Assembly (NCBI GenBank): GCA_965221905.1
Contig: OZ244922.1
Coordinates: forward strand, 1,952,001 to 2,016,000
Direction of reading: 5' to 3'
DNA: 64,000 nucleotides
DNA from: Chloroflexota bacterium
Lineage (GTDB): Bacteria > Chloroflexota > UBA11872 > VXOZ01
Below, one piece after another: positions 1 to 9,608 of this stretch. The translations under genes and the position numbers were made by a program. The stretch's first letter is position 1, and the number at the start of each line of letters is the position of its first letter. Under the pieces are notes generated by a model. The model saw only the letters and a list, made by a program, of their open reading frames with translations, made no database searches and was not told the origin of the DNA.

Positions 1-1
1 A

Positions 2-1837
2 ACGGAAGTGCAAAGGTTAACGCCGTCTGAGGAAGGGATCGAACTGGCGCCGCCGGTGTGGTCGCCGGACGGCGAGCGCTTAGCATTTACGATTGCGATG
101 CGGTCTAGAGAATATCTTAGACTCTATTTGTACACGGTGCGGTCCGATGGGTCGGAGTTGACCAAGATAGTGGAGACGTCGTTTGTAATCCGGCCGCCCG
201 ATTGGAATGAGTTTGCGCCCGCGGTGCCGGCGTGGTCGCCGGACGGTCAGTTTCTCGCCTTTATCGGGGGTACTGTGGCAAGAGACCATCACAGAGATAA
301 CAGTACAGTCTATGAAGAGGAAGAAGCAGCCATCTACACGGTGCGGGCCGACGGCACGGACCTACGCCAGGTGTTCGCCATGAAACCGCACGGGCCTTTG
401 CCAGATGCTATAGGTGCTAGGCTTGCCGCTGGTGAATTCTACCCCTATTTTCCCAAGATTTCCCAAGTGCTGTGGTCGCCGGACGGACAGGATCTGCTCT
501 TCTTCGCCAACGGCGCGCATTTGATCAATGTCGACGGCAGCAACCTGCGGCGGCTTAGTCCACCAGTACTGGAAGGCGTGGCAGCGTGGTCGCCAGACGG
601 ATCACGAATCGCCGTCTTCGAGATGGGGAATGCGGAGTCACCGCAGGTGGTTTGGACGGCGGCAGGGCGCTACCGCACCCTTGAACATGTGGTAGGCGAG
701 AGTGTGCTCCTCACCGTGGCACGCGACGGCTCCGACCTGCAGACGCTTTTGGAAGGAGGGGGTGGTTTCTTCCATTCCAGTGTGCAACCGGCGCAGGTAT
801 CGGTAGACCTTACTGCGTGTCGGGAAGGGACGGTAGTAACGGAGCCACTGGCGAACCCGGGCTTGGTTGGGGATTGCGAGGCGCTGCTGCTGAGCCGGGA
901 TATGTTGTCGAACACCCTAAACCTGAAGTGGAATGCTGAGACACCACTTGCGGAGTGGGAAGGGGTGACGCTGGGCGGCGAGTCGCTGCGGGTCCACGAG
1001 GTTAAGCTGGAAAAGATGAACGGCGTGCTACCGCCGGCATTGGGGCAGCTCAGCGAGTTGCGGCGGTTGGAAATTCGCGGGGCTGGGAGCAAACAGAGAA
1101 GACACATAGGCGCCAGATTGAGCGGCGGCATCGCGGCAGAACTAGGCAATTTGCAGAAGCTCGAAGTCTTGGACCTCAGCGGCAACTTCCTGACCGGTTT
1201 CATCCCCGTGGAACTTAGCGGTCTTCAGAGACTTGAGACACTGTGGCTTGAAGACAACTTTCTCAGCGGCTCCATTCCGCCGGAATTGAGCGCGTTGGCA
1301 AGTCTACGTTACCTCAACCTGGGACGCAACAATCTGAGTGGCGGGGTACCGGCAGAGTTGGGCAGCCTCTCTCAGTTGCAGGAACTGCACCTCTGGTCCA
1401 ATCAGTTGACGGGCGGCATTCCGCCGAAGTTGGGAAACCTCACGCAACTTCAGCGGTTGAGCCTATCCGTAAACCGGCTGAGCGGTGAAATACCGCCGGA
1501 GTTGGGCAACCTCTCCCAAGTCTCTGTATTGTGGCTGAATGACAATCGGCTAACTGGCAGTCTCCCGCCGGAGCTAGGCAGTCTCACACAACTGGTGAAT
1601 TTGTATCTCACGAACAACCAGTTAACTGGGAGCATCCCGGCGGAGATGGGCAACCTGTTGCAACTGGAGAGACTGCACCTCTCATACAACCAATTGAGTG
1701 GGAGCATCCCGCCGGAGCTGAGCAATCTCTCGCAACTGCGCTGGTTGGAACTCTCGGCCAACGGATTGAGTGGGTGCGTAGGAACAGAATTGCCTAACAT
1801 ATGGGTAGAGAGGAGTGATCTGGAGCGGTGCGCGTAG
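2..1837 (+). CDS. TolB/PD40 beta-propeller + plant-type leucine-rich-repeat protein (5'-truncated at window edge)
   Basis: Frame is open from position 2. Four WSPDG (PD40) motifs, then a Cys-containing N-cap (CREG...GDCEALL...WEGV) and nine 24-aa repeats LxxLxxLxLxxNxLxGxIPxELG plus two degenerate ones. Confidence 0.9.
   Translation, partial: TEVQRLTPSEEGIELAPPVWSPDGERLAFTIAMRSREYLRLYLYTVRSDGSELTKIVETSFVIRPPDWNEFAPAVPAWSPDGQFLAFIGGTVARDHHRDNSTVYEEEEAAIYTVRADGTDLRQVFAMKPHGPLPDAIGARLAAGEFYPYFPKISQVLWSPDGQDLLFFANGAHLINVDGSNLRRLSPPVLEGVAAWSPDGSRIAVFEMGNAESPQVVWTAAGRYRTLEHVVGESVLLTVARDGSDLQTLLEGGGGFFHSSVQPAQVSVDLTACREGTVVTEPLANPGLVGDCEALLLSRDMLSNTLNLKWNAETPLAEWEGVTLGGESLRVHEVKLEKMNGVLPPALGQLSELRRLEIRGAGSKQRRHIGARLSGGIAAELGNLQKLEVLDLSGNFLTGFIPVELSGLQRLETLWLEDNFLSGSIPPELSALASLRYLNLGRNNLSGGVPAELGSLSQLQELHLWSNQLTGGIPPKLGNLTQLQRLSLSVNRLSGEIPPELGNLSQVSVLWLNDNRLTGSLPPELGSLTQLVNLYLTNNQLTGSIPAEMGNLLQLERLHLSYNQLSGSIPPELSNLSQLRWLELSANGLSGCVGTELPNIWVERSDLERCA
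1150..1795 (+). repeat. Degenerate 72-bp coding tandem repeat (LRR array, about 9 units)
   Basis: Recurrent ccgccgga(g/a)(t/c)tg(g/a)gcaa motif at 72-nt period, matching the 24-aa LRR units. Confidence 0.85.
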
Positions 1838-2052
1838 GGAGAGTGAGGGATCGCGAATGACAGGAATAGAACTTGGGGACCGAAGTTGGTGCGAGAGACC
1901 TTGGCATTGGTAAGGAAACTTGGTAGTCAGGCCAATTGGGAAGTGGGGCATTAAACGGGTGTATGGCCCGCGTAGCCTCGCCCTTCGTTCACACTTGTCC
2001 GAGATACCTCGCATCAAATCGAACACTGCATTCGTGAACTCGAAGCTAAACC

Positions 2053-3159
2053 CTAGGGGCTGGTAAAGCGTGTGGGGTCCCAGTGGGATACGGGCCGCGT
2101 GGTGCGGCCGGTGGTGAGGAGATCTTTGATAACCTCAGCGGTGATTGGGGCTTGTTGAATGCCCAGCTTGTAGTGGCCAACAGCGTAGTAGTAACCGGGG
2201 AGAGCGGACGGACCGACCAGGGGATAGCCGTCCGGGTTGGAAGGGCGGAACCCCGACCACAGTTCTTCAATGGTCGCCGAAGCGAGCTGGGGAATGGCCT
2301 GAATGGCGGCTTGGAGCATGCTCTGGATTGCTCCTGCCGTGTTGCGCCGATCGTATCCTGCCCGCTCGGTCGTTGCTCCCAGGACAATGCGCCCGCTCTT
2401 GCGCGGGATCACGATGTATTGCGGCAGGTTGATGAGGTGGCTTAAGAATACCGAGTCTGAATGCAGCGCGAGCATCTGGCCCCGCTCAGGCTGCACCGGA
2501 ATGTGCTCCGGCGCTCCCTGCAGCGTGCCGCCCCAACTGCCGGTCGCGTTAACGACCGCTCCGGCGCTGATTTCTTGCGTGTCCGCGTGCACTCCGGCCA
2601 CTTTGCCGCCTTCAACCTTTAGCGCGCGGGCATCGCAGCCGGTGAATATGTCTATACCCGCCTTGCGCGCGCCGATCTCCAGCGCACGCAGTAGACGCCG
2701 GTTCTCGATGTTTGCGCATAACGTCACCATGCCGAGCGTAACCGGCGCAGTGATCTCCGGTTGGCGCGCCTGCACTTCGGCGGTACTGATGAATTCACAC
2801 CCAAGGCTTGCCCCATCCAGTTGCGGCTGCAGAGCGCGCATATTGGCTTCATCTTCCGCAGTGAAGGCCAGATGGAGAGCGGGGTGACGAACAGCTTCGA
2901 TGTCGATACCGGTCTCATCGGCGAGTATTGGAGCCAAGGCCAACAGCATTTCGCTACCTTCTACGCGCAGTGCAAAGTCGGCGATGCTTTCGTAGGCGTA
3001 GGGTCTACTCATGAGTACGCCGGCGGACGCCCACGAAGCTTCTTTTCCTACCTCACTGCGCTCTAGGAGTGCCACATCCAGTCCGGCGGCGCGTAAGTCG
3101 CGCGCAATCATGAGTCCGATGATGCCGGCGCCGATTACGGCAACGTCATACGTTTTCAT
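2053..3159 (-). CDS. thiO: FAD-dependent glycine oxidase / D-amino acid oxidase family (ThiO-like)
   Basis: MKTYDVAVIGAGIIG Rossmann motif, EASWASAG, PERGQ, WSGFRP, GHYKLGI. Start moved to ATG 3159 (AGAGG upstream). No thiS/thiG nearby, so the symbol is a family label only. Confidence 0.8.
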   Translation of the reverse strand: MKTYDVAVIGAGIIGLMIARDLRAAGLDVALLERSEVGKEASWASAGVLMSRPYAYESIADFALRVEGSEMLLALAPILADETGIDIEAVRHPALHLAFTAEDEANMRALQPQLDGASLGCEFISTAEVQARQPEITAPVTLGMVTLCANIENRRLLRALEIGARKAGIDIFTGCDARALKVEGGKVAGVHADTQEISAGAVVNATGSWGGTLQGAPEHIPVQPERGQMLALHSDSVFLSHLINLPQYIVIPRKSGRIVLGATTERAGYDRRNTAGAIQSMLQAAIQAIPQLASATIEELWSGFRPSNPDGYPLVGPSALPGYYYAVGHYKLGIQQAPITAEVIKDLLTTGRTTRPVSHWDPTRFTSP

Positions 3160-3471
3160 TTTGCTGCCCGCTTTCCTCTTCCCGTACAAGTCTGAGTAAA
3201 ACTCGCCTTGGTCATTCATTCTATTGTACTCGCGCAGCCGCATCTCTCTGCTGTGGAAATGCCTTCGATTCAGTTCTCCGGTTACAAGCTCCACATGCAA
3301 TAGTTACTTCAGCAAGTCCGGACACGGTTAACTTGCAGCCATGAATTACCTTTTCCACGGTTGTGCACATGGTTCAGATAACGAAGTAAGTTTATGGCAT
3401 AATCGAACATGCTGCCACTGGGACGCCGCGACGTTCATGCCAGGATGAAGACCGCATCCGAGGACTCACAA

Positions 3472-4353
3472 ATGCCGTCAAAAGTGCTGTTCGACACCGA
3501 CATCGGCACTGATATCGACGATGCAGTGTGTCTTGCGTACCTGCTGGCTCAGCCTGCATGTAAGTTGCTTGGCATAACCACGGTAAGCGGTGAACCAACC
3601 AAGCGCGCCATGCTGGCGAGTGCATTGTGTCGGGCGGCGGGAAAGGAAGTTCCCATCTACCCTGGCGCGGAAGAGCCGCTGCTCATCGAGCAGAGGCAGC
3701 CGCGGGTGCAGCACGCGGACGCGCTGGGCGATTGGCCGCATGAAGAGAGTTTTCCGCAAGGCGCAGCAGTGGAGTTTTTGCGCCAGACGGTGCGGGCGCA
3801 TCCGGGCGAGGTTACTTTGCTTGCTGTCGGCCCACTGACGAATATCGGCCTCCTTTTTCGCGCAGATCCCGAAATCCCTCGCTTGCTGAAAAGCCTTGTG
3901 CTTATGTGCGGGCAATTCTTCGGGCGCGGAGTGGGACGAGGGCCGGTGGAGTGGAACGCCTCCTGCGATCCTCACGCGGCGGCAATCGTCTACCGGAGTA
4001 CGGTTGCCAGCCATCGCTCGCACGGCCTCGACGTCACGCGGCAAGTTACAATGCCAGCAAAGGAAGTGCGCGCGCGCTTTCGTGCCCCGCTGCTCCGGCC
4101 GGTGGCTGCATTTGCTGAAGTCTTCTTTCAGCGACGAGAGGAAATCACTTTCCACGATCCACTCGCCGCGACGACAATTTTCGATGACAATATCTGCACG
4201 TTCGCTACCGGCAACGTGCAGGTGGAGCTAGAGAGCCGGCAGCTTTCCGGCTTCATGCATTGGCAAGCCTACGACGCTGCCGGTCGTCATCAGGTGGCGG
4301 ACACAGTTGACGCCGATCGGTTCTTTGCACACTATTTCTCAGTTTTCGAGTAA
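3472..4353 (+). CDS. Inosine/uridine-preferring nucleoside hydrolase
   Basis: [10 protein letters not shown] Ca-binding motif, GPLTN, EWN, HDP. GAGG RBS before ATG 3472. Confidence 0.9.
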   Translation: MPSKVLFDTDIGTDIDDAVCLAYLLAQPACKLLGITTVSGEPTKRAMLASALCRAAGKEVPIYPGAEEPLLIEQRQPRVQHADALGDWPHEESFPQGAAVEFLRQTVRAHPGEVTLLAVGPLTNIGLLFRADPEIPRLLKSLVLMCGQFFGRGVGRGPVEWNASCDPHAAAIVYRSTVASHRSHGLDVTRQVTMPAKEVRARFRAPLLRPVAAFAEVFFQRREEITFHDPLAATTIFDDNICTFATGNVQVELESRQLSGFMHWQAYDAAGRHQVADTVDADRFFAHYFSVFE

Positions 4354-4363
4354 GGAGAACAGC

Positions 4364-4840
4364 ATGTTCCAAGGCAAAGTGCTCAGTATCTATACCGCGC
4401 CGGTGCGAAAGGCGCCAATGGAAGCGCAACAGGAGGTACGTGTGGTTCCGGGGAAGGGAATTGAAGGCGACCGCTACTTCATCGGAAACGCCACGTACTC
4501 TGACCGTCCGGGGCCGCATCGGGAGCTTACGCTTATCGAACTAGAAACCATCGATGCCCTGGAGCGGGAGTATGGGTACCGCCTTGAGCCTGATCTTTCT
4601 CGCCGTAACCTCTTAGTCTCCGGCGTGCCGCTCAACCACCTCATTGATCGTGAATTTACGATTGGCGGCGTGCGTGTGCGCGGGATTCTCCTCTGCGAGC
4701 CGTGCGCCAACCTCGCGGAAACCAGTGGTCATTCCAACATCATCAACCACATGATGCATCGCGGCGGCCTGCGCGCCGAAATCCTGACCGAGGGCGTCAT
4801 TCAGGTTGGCGCGGATGTCTCGCCGGGCAGCGAAGAGTAG
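4364..4840 (+). CDS. MOSC domain protein
   Basis: GIEGDRY, RRNLLVSG, CEPC, RGGLRAEIL. AAGGAG RBS before ATG 4364. Confidence 0.88.
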   Translation: MFQGKVLSIYTAPVRKAPMEAQQEVRVVPGKGIEGDRYFIGNATYSDRPGPHRELTLIELETIDALEREYGYRLEPDLSRRNLLVSGVPLNHLIDREFTIGGVRVRGILLCEPCANLAETSGHSNIINHMMHRGGLRAEILTEGVIQVGADVSPGSEE

Positions 4841-4903
4841 CGCCGCAGGGGCACGAATGGCAGCGTTCTCGGTCGGCGGGAACCCTAAACGGTTAGCGTT
4901 AGA

Positions 4904-5680
4904 CTACGCAGTCTTATATCCCAGCGTGCCGCCGCCGTCAGCGTAGAGTTCAATGCCCGTCACAAAAGACGCTTCATCGGAGACGAGAAATAATGCGGCG
5001 TTTGCCATTTCCTCAGGCGAAGAAATGTAGCCCAGCGGGTGCCGGGCCGCCACGCCGGCGCGCATCTCTTCCGGATTGGGCTGCATGTTGAGAAAGCCTT
5101 CAAACAGCGGTGTTGTGACACTCGCCGGGCAGAGCGTGTTGGCCCGGATACCATACTGGGCGCAGTCCAGCGCCAGAGCTTTCGTAAAGGCGATCACTCC
5201 TCCCTTTGACGTGCAGTAGGCAATCGAGTGGGGTTGCGCATGCACGCCGACCATTGACGCGATGTTCAGAATCACGCCTCTCGTTTCTTTCAAGGTGGGC
5301 AATGCGTATTTGCACGTCCACAAGAGACTCTTGAGGTTGATGTTCATCACGTGGTCCCACTCGGCCTCAGTCGTGTCTTCCACATCCTTATCCACGTAGA
5401 CTGCGGCATTATTCACGAGTATATGCAACGCGCCAAACGCATCCAGAGTTTCTTTCAGCATAGCGCGCACGTCGTCTTCTGAAGCAACGTCGGCTACAAT
5501 TGCGTGTGCCCGCCCGCCTGCCTGCCGGATGGCGGCCGCAGTTGCTTGTGCGCCTAGCTCATTGCGGTCTACTACTGCGATGGCTGCGCCTTCTGCGGCA
5601 AAACGCTTGGCCATGGCCTCTCCAATGCCGCTGCCGCTGCCGGTTATGAGCGCCACCTTGTCACGCAATCTCATGCTCAT
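4904..5680 (-). CDS. Short-chain dehydrogenase/reductase (classical SDR)
   Basis: TGSGSGIG, NNA, YCTSK catalytic motif. AAGGAG RBS before ATG 5680. Confidence 0.92.
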   Translation of the reverse strand: MSMRLRDKVALITGSGSGIGEAMAKRFAAEGAAIAVVDRNELGAQATAAAIRQAGGRAHAIVADVASEDDVRAMLKETLDAFGALHILVNNAAVYVDKDVEDTTEAEWDHVMNINLKSLLWTCKYALPTLKETRGVILNIASMVGVHAQPHSIAYCTSKGGVIAFTKALALDCAQYGIRANTLCPASVTTPLFEGFLNMQPNPEEMRAGVAARHPLGYISSPEEMANAALFLVSDEASFVTGIELYADGGGTLGYKTA

Positions 5681-5811
5681 GCTCCTTCGAGTTTGCAGAT
5701 TATGAATTCCTACGGATTCTCGTCTCCACACGCAACGTCAAGTCTCATGTGCAATTATACCGAGTAAAGGCTTATCCTACGTCGGATGGAGGGGATCAAG
5801 GCTGACCGCAA

Positions 5812-5840
5812 TTGACGGTCAACTCTGCAGACAGTAGCAT
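5812..5840 (+). promoter_or_regulatory. Putative sigma70 promoter for pfk-MFS
   Basis: TTGACG-N17-TAGCAT; the -35 lies in the short palindrome TTGACGGTCAA. Confidence 0.45.
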
Positions 5841-5997
5841 GCATTGGGAGCGACGTGCCCACAGTATTGTGGGAGTCCCTGCAAGCACCCAACCAGTGTG
5901 ATTGCCGGCACAACTCCGAAACGGTCCGGCACATTCAGCCACTGCGTGCTTTCGACCAGCTTCAAATTGCCTTTAGGGCGATCAGAGTTTGAGATTC

Positions 5998-7203
5998 ATG
6001 AGCGGCACACTAGTCATCGGACAGTCAGGTGGATCAACCGCAACGCTAAGCGTTACGCTCGCGGGCGTGCTTGAGGCGGCGCTGGAGAGTAGGGCCATAG
6101 ACCGGGTCTATGGTATGTGCAACGGCATTGAAGGCTTGCTGCAAGAGCAATTCGTCGATCTCACCCATGCCCCTACAGAGCTCCTAAGTGCGCTGCGCCG
6201 CACTCCATCTGCCGCCCTTGGGTCATGCCGCTATGCCTTGGCGGAATCAGACGCCGGCCGCGCACTAGACGTGCTGCAGGCGCACGACGTGCGCTACTTC
6301 ATCTATATCGGCGGCAACGGTTCGGCGCTCACCGTGCAGGCAGTCAATCGTTGGGCAACGACGAGCGACTACGAGTTGAACGCTATTGCCGTGCCCAAGA
6401 CTATCGACAATGATCTGTGGGGCACCGACCACACACCGGGCTACGGGAGTGTGGCGCGGTTTGCGGCGCTTGCCGCAATGGACGGCGGATCCGATTCCTG
6501 GGCGCTTCGCAGCCACGACCAAGTCAAGATACTAGAGACGTTTGGCAGGAACACAGGGTGGGTGACTGCGGCGACCGCGCTGGCAAAGCGTGAAGATAGC
6601 GACCCCCCGCATCTGATCTTTGTTCCCGAACGCCCGCTGACTCAGAAACGCTTCCTGGATGACGTCCAAGATGCTTATGACCGCTATGGCTACGTATTTG
6701 TCGCCGTATGTGAGGGGCTGCGCCGACCGGACGGCAGTCTACTCTTTGCCTCGGATCGAGACGTAGACCAGGACGCTTTCGGTAGAGGACAGCTTGGCGG
6801 CGTGAGCAGTTTACTCTCCGAATTGGTTGCAAGTGAATTGGGCCTAAAGAGCCGCACCGACAAGCCCGGCACCATGCAGCGCGCCTGCATTTCCCTCGCC
6901 TCGTCCGTTGACCTTGAAGAGTCTTATCGCGTTGGAAAAGCGGCGGTAGCCGCGGCAGTAAGCGGTGAGACGGGCATGATGATTACCCTAGAACGGACGC
7001 CCGGCGCGGAATACTCGGTTCATGCGGGTCTTATTGCCGTCGATGAAGTAGCAGGCAAGGAGCGCCCGCTGCCTGATGCGTATCTCAATGAAGCGGGGAA
7101 TTTCGTTACAACGGAATTCTTGGACTACGTGCGTCCGTTGATTGGTGAACCGCTGCCGAAGTACGTGCGGCTGCGCGCTTCAACCGTATCGAAGCGGGCC
7201 TAG
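5998..7203 (+). CDS. pfkA: 6-phosphofructokinase (PfkA family)
   Basis: GQSGG, ALGSCR, YIGGNGS, PKTIDND, FGRNTGW, QR motifs. Confidence 0.88.
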   Translation: MSGTLVIGQSGGSTATLSVTLAGVLEAALESRAIDRVYGMCNGIEGLLQEQFVDLTHAPTELLSALRRTPSAALGSCRYALAESDAGRALDVLQAHDVRYFIYIGGNGSALTVQAVNRWATTSDYELNAIAVPKTIDNDLWGTDHTPGYGSVARFAALAAMDGGSDSWALRSHDQVKILETFGRNTGWVTAATALAKREDSDPPHLIFVPERPLTQKRFLDDVQDAYDRYGYVFVAVCEGLRRPDGSLLFASDRDVDQDAFGRGQLGGVSSLLSELVASELGLKSRTDKPGTMQRACISLASSVDLEESYRVGKAAVAAAVSGETGMMITLERTPGAEYSVHAGLIAVDEVAGKERPLPDAYLNEAGNFVTTEFLDYVRPLIGEPLPKYVRLRASTVSKRA

Positions 7204-7293
7204 GTTGGGATCCTTTGAGCGCGAGCCAACCGGGATCGCGACGCGCTAAGCAGCCAACTTGCCAACGCCATATAGCAAGAAAGCAACCACTAC

Positions 7294-8484
7294 GTGAAGG
7301 CACTGAAATTCATAGCGCGACCTGCGGCTGGAATGCCGCGCACCGTAGTCACTTTAAGCGCAGGCTTCTTCTTTGTTTTCATGGGCGCCAGCGCCTTTCA
7401 GCAATTCCTGATTCCCTATCTCACCGATAAAGGAGCCACCAGTGCCTTTCAGGCTTCTACCGTGCTTGCGGTTGTATACATCTCCTTCTTGGTCTGGCGC
7501 GCCGTGGTGGCATATACCCTTTACTACCTAGGAGAGTACTGGAGCACCGTGCTGGGGGCGGCAACGTACTCGCTCTTTGCCATTGGCGCTTTCGCGCTCA
7601 ATCGTTTTGAGCTCTTGTTGATTGCTGCCGGTATGTGGGGTTGGGGCGCGGCGGCGATGTGGATCTCCAGCACCACGCAACTCTTGGATGCCACGGCTGA
7701 TACGCACTATGGTCGCGCCAGCGGCCTGCTCTATACGGCGACAACCGGCGGGCAAGCAATTGGGGTGCTGTTTCTCGGCGTGCTTATGAGTGTTACAAAC
7801 GTTGAATTCGGCCCCCTGGTTGCGGCGGGCATCACAGCGATTGGCGTTGCAATCTTCCTCTTCCTGCCCTACCAGCACACGAAACGCGTCAAGCCGCGCC
7901 TGGCTCCCATTTTCAAGGTGCTTACCGTGCCGCGAACCGGGCTGGCGGCGCTCTTTCTCTTTCTCTCTTCGCTCGCCTTTGGGCTCATCCTAGGCAGCTT
8001 TAGCCAAATCATCGGCGGCGAACAGGGTCCCGGCGCGCTTGCCCTTATTACCGCCGGCTACTGGATAACGCGCATCTTCGGCAGCTACTTAGGCGGGGTT
8101 ATCGCTGATTGGCTCGGACGCGAGCACGTCTTAATACTCTCTTTTGGAATGGCTGGCTTGGGTCTGCTCCTGCCGACGTTCGTCAGCGGGTTGTTTACCA
8201 TGAGCATTGCGGCACTGGCGATGGGCTTGCTCAATAGCACGGTGCCGGTAGCGACCAATGCCATGATTGGCGATCTTACAACGTTCAACAATCGCCACCT
8301 TGCCATCGCATCGCTATTCGTGTGGCGCGACCTTGGCGTCGGCATTGCGATTCTGGCAGGAGCGGCCATCATTTCGCTCGTCGGCAGCGAACAATTGATC
8401 TTTGGGATCTTTGGCGCGGCGTTCTTGGTTGCAGCCGCATTCGCTTACTGGCTAAAGGGACAGCCCATCGTCAAGATGAAGTGA
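7294..8484 (+). CDS. MFS transporter
   Basis: About 12 hydrophobic helices; GVIADWLGR motif A in the C-terminal half. Confidence 0.88.
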   Translation: MKALKFIARPAAGMPRTVVTLSAGFFFVFMGASAFQQFLIPYLTDKGATSAFQASTVLAVVYISFLVWRAVVAYTLYYLGEYWSTVLGAATYSLFAIGAFALNRFELLLIAAGMWGWGAAAMWISSTTQLLDATADTHYGRASGLLYTATTGGQAIGVLFLGVLMSVTNVEFGPLVAAGITAIGVAIFLFLPYQHTKRVKPRLAPIFKVLTVPRTGLAALFLFLSSLAFGLILGSFSQIIGGEQGPGALALITAGYWITRIFGSYLGGVIADWLGREHVLILSFGMAGLGLLLPTFVSGLFTMSIAALAMGLLNSTVPVATNAMIGDLTTFNNRHLAIASLFVWRDLGVGIAILAGAAIISLVGSEQLIFGIFGAAFLVAAAFAYWLKGQPIVKMK

Positions 8485-8695
8485 TGGCACGGGGGTCCTG
8501 CAGCCACGAACACAATTGGAGACTTGGGGGATGCCACGTACTTGTGTTGGGATTCGATGTGAGAAATACGAAGGACAGAGTGGTTGACGCAAGCCACTCT
8601 GTCCAAGTCCAGTTCGTTCTCTGCTTCGTTTTGCTCGTCCGTCTCCTCTGCCAACCGCTTGGCAGCGGCGAGGAGGGCGGCCTCATTTGCCGTGC

Positions 8696-8935
8696 CTAAT
8701 TCTTATTCCTAAGCATTTTCTCAAGTATCGTCGCCTCTTCCTTGTTGGCAACTGTGATCTCTATTTTCTGGTGCTCTTCCTTGCCGAGTGCCCAAATAAA
8801 CGCTACGAACCAGCCAACCACCGTCCAGCCGAGCAGTAGATTTACCAGGAAGATGCGCCCGCGTTCAGTTTGCCGCCGCTTCATCGCCACCAACCAAGGA
8901 AGCATGTACAACACCCCGAGTACAAGATATTCCAT
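8696..8935 (-). CDS. Superinfection immunity protein (T4 Imm-like)
   Basis: LYMLPWLVAMKR...IFLVNLLLGWTVVGWFVAFIWAL matches the YxLP..A..R...NLxLGWTxxGWxxAxxWA family signature; 2 TM helices. Confidence 0.85.
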   Translation of the reverse strand: MEYLVLGVLYMLPWLVAMKRRQTERGRIFLVNLLLGWTVVGWFVAFIWALGKEEHQKIEITVANKEEATILEKMLRNKN

Positions 8936-9024
8936 CTAGTTTTCACCACCATTTTGGCTAACTGCAAAAGAGAGCTAGTTCAAGCAAAGCCTAGTGTCTT
9001 GGTGCCCTCGCTGGTCGGGACCTG

Positions 9025-9342
9025 TCAATTCTCCTTTGCGGTCGACGACTTGGACTCTCCGCCGGCATCCGCTTTGGCAGTGCCCGCGGCCTTGGACTCG
9101 GCGGTTTCCTTTGCGGGAGCCTCCTTGGGTTTGGGGCTGCCGTTCTTTTCGTTCTTTCCATTGTCTGTGCGGTTGTCGGTTACGTACCACCCGCTTCCTT
9201 TGAAGATCACGCTTGCGGGATGGAACACCTTGTGCAACGACCCATTGCACTCCGGGCAGTTGGCTACCGGGGGGTCGCTGAAGCGCTGTTGCCGCTCAAA
9301 TCGATGGGTACAGACATCGCATTCATACTCATACAACGGCAT
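9025..9342 (-). CDS. FmdB-family zinc-ribbon protein with disordered C-terminal tail
   Basis: MPLYEYECDVC...CPEC...FKGSGWYVTD followed by a K/E/A/S-rich tail. GGAGG RBS. Confidence 0.92.
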   Translation of the reverse strand: MPLYEYECDVCTHRFERQQRFSDPPVANCPECNGSLHKVFHPASVIFKGSGWYVTDNRTDNGKNEKNGSPKPKEAPAKETAESKAAGTAKADAGGESKSSTAKEN

Positions 9343-9608
9343 CGAACTCACATACCTCCGCAATCAAGCCTGACGAATTGGCCGCCTAGAAAAACCTCAA
9401 AGCTATCGAATAATGTCACACCGGCAAGTACTACCACTGCCCAAGTGTTTCTCGCGTTTCCCGCCGCGGTCCAATCTCCGGCGAGTCGAATTATCTGCTG
9501 TGCAACACTATTCTTAGCACTTGGATGCAATCTCAAAGGGAAATCGAGAAAGCCGATCAAGTTTCATTTCCCAAGTATACCATCCACACTGGAACACGGT
9601 CTTTTGTA

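Noticed and set aside
1150-1795. Periodic DNA as a possible CRISPR array
   Set aside because: In-frame degenerate 72-bp LRR coding repeats; no spacers or cas genes.
9514-9540. CIRCE-like TTAGCACT upstream of the fmdB-like gene
   Set aside because: Only one half-site; no GAGTGCTAA at the 9-bp spacing.
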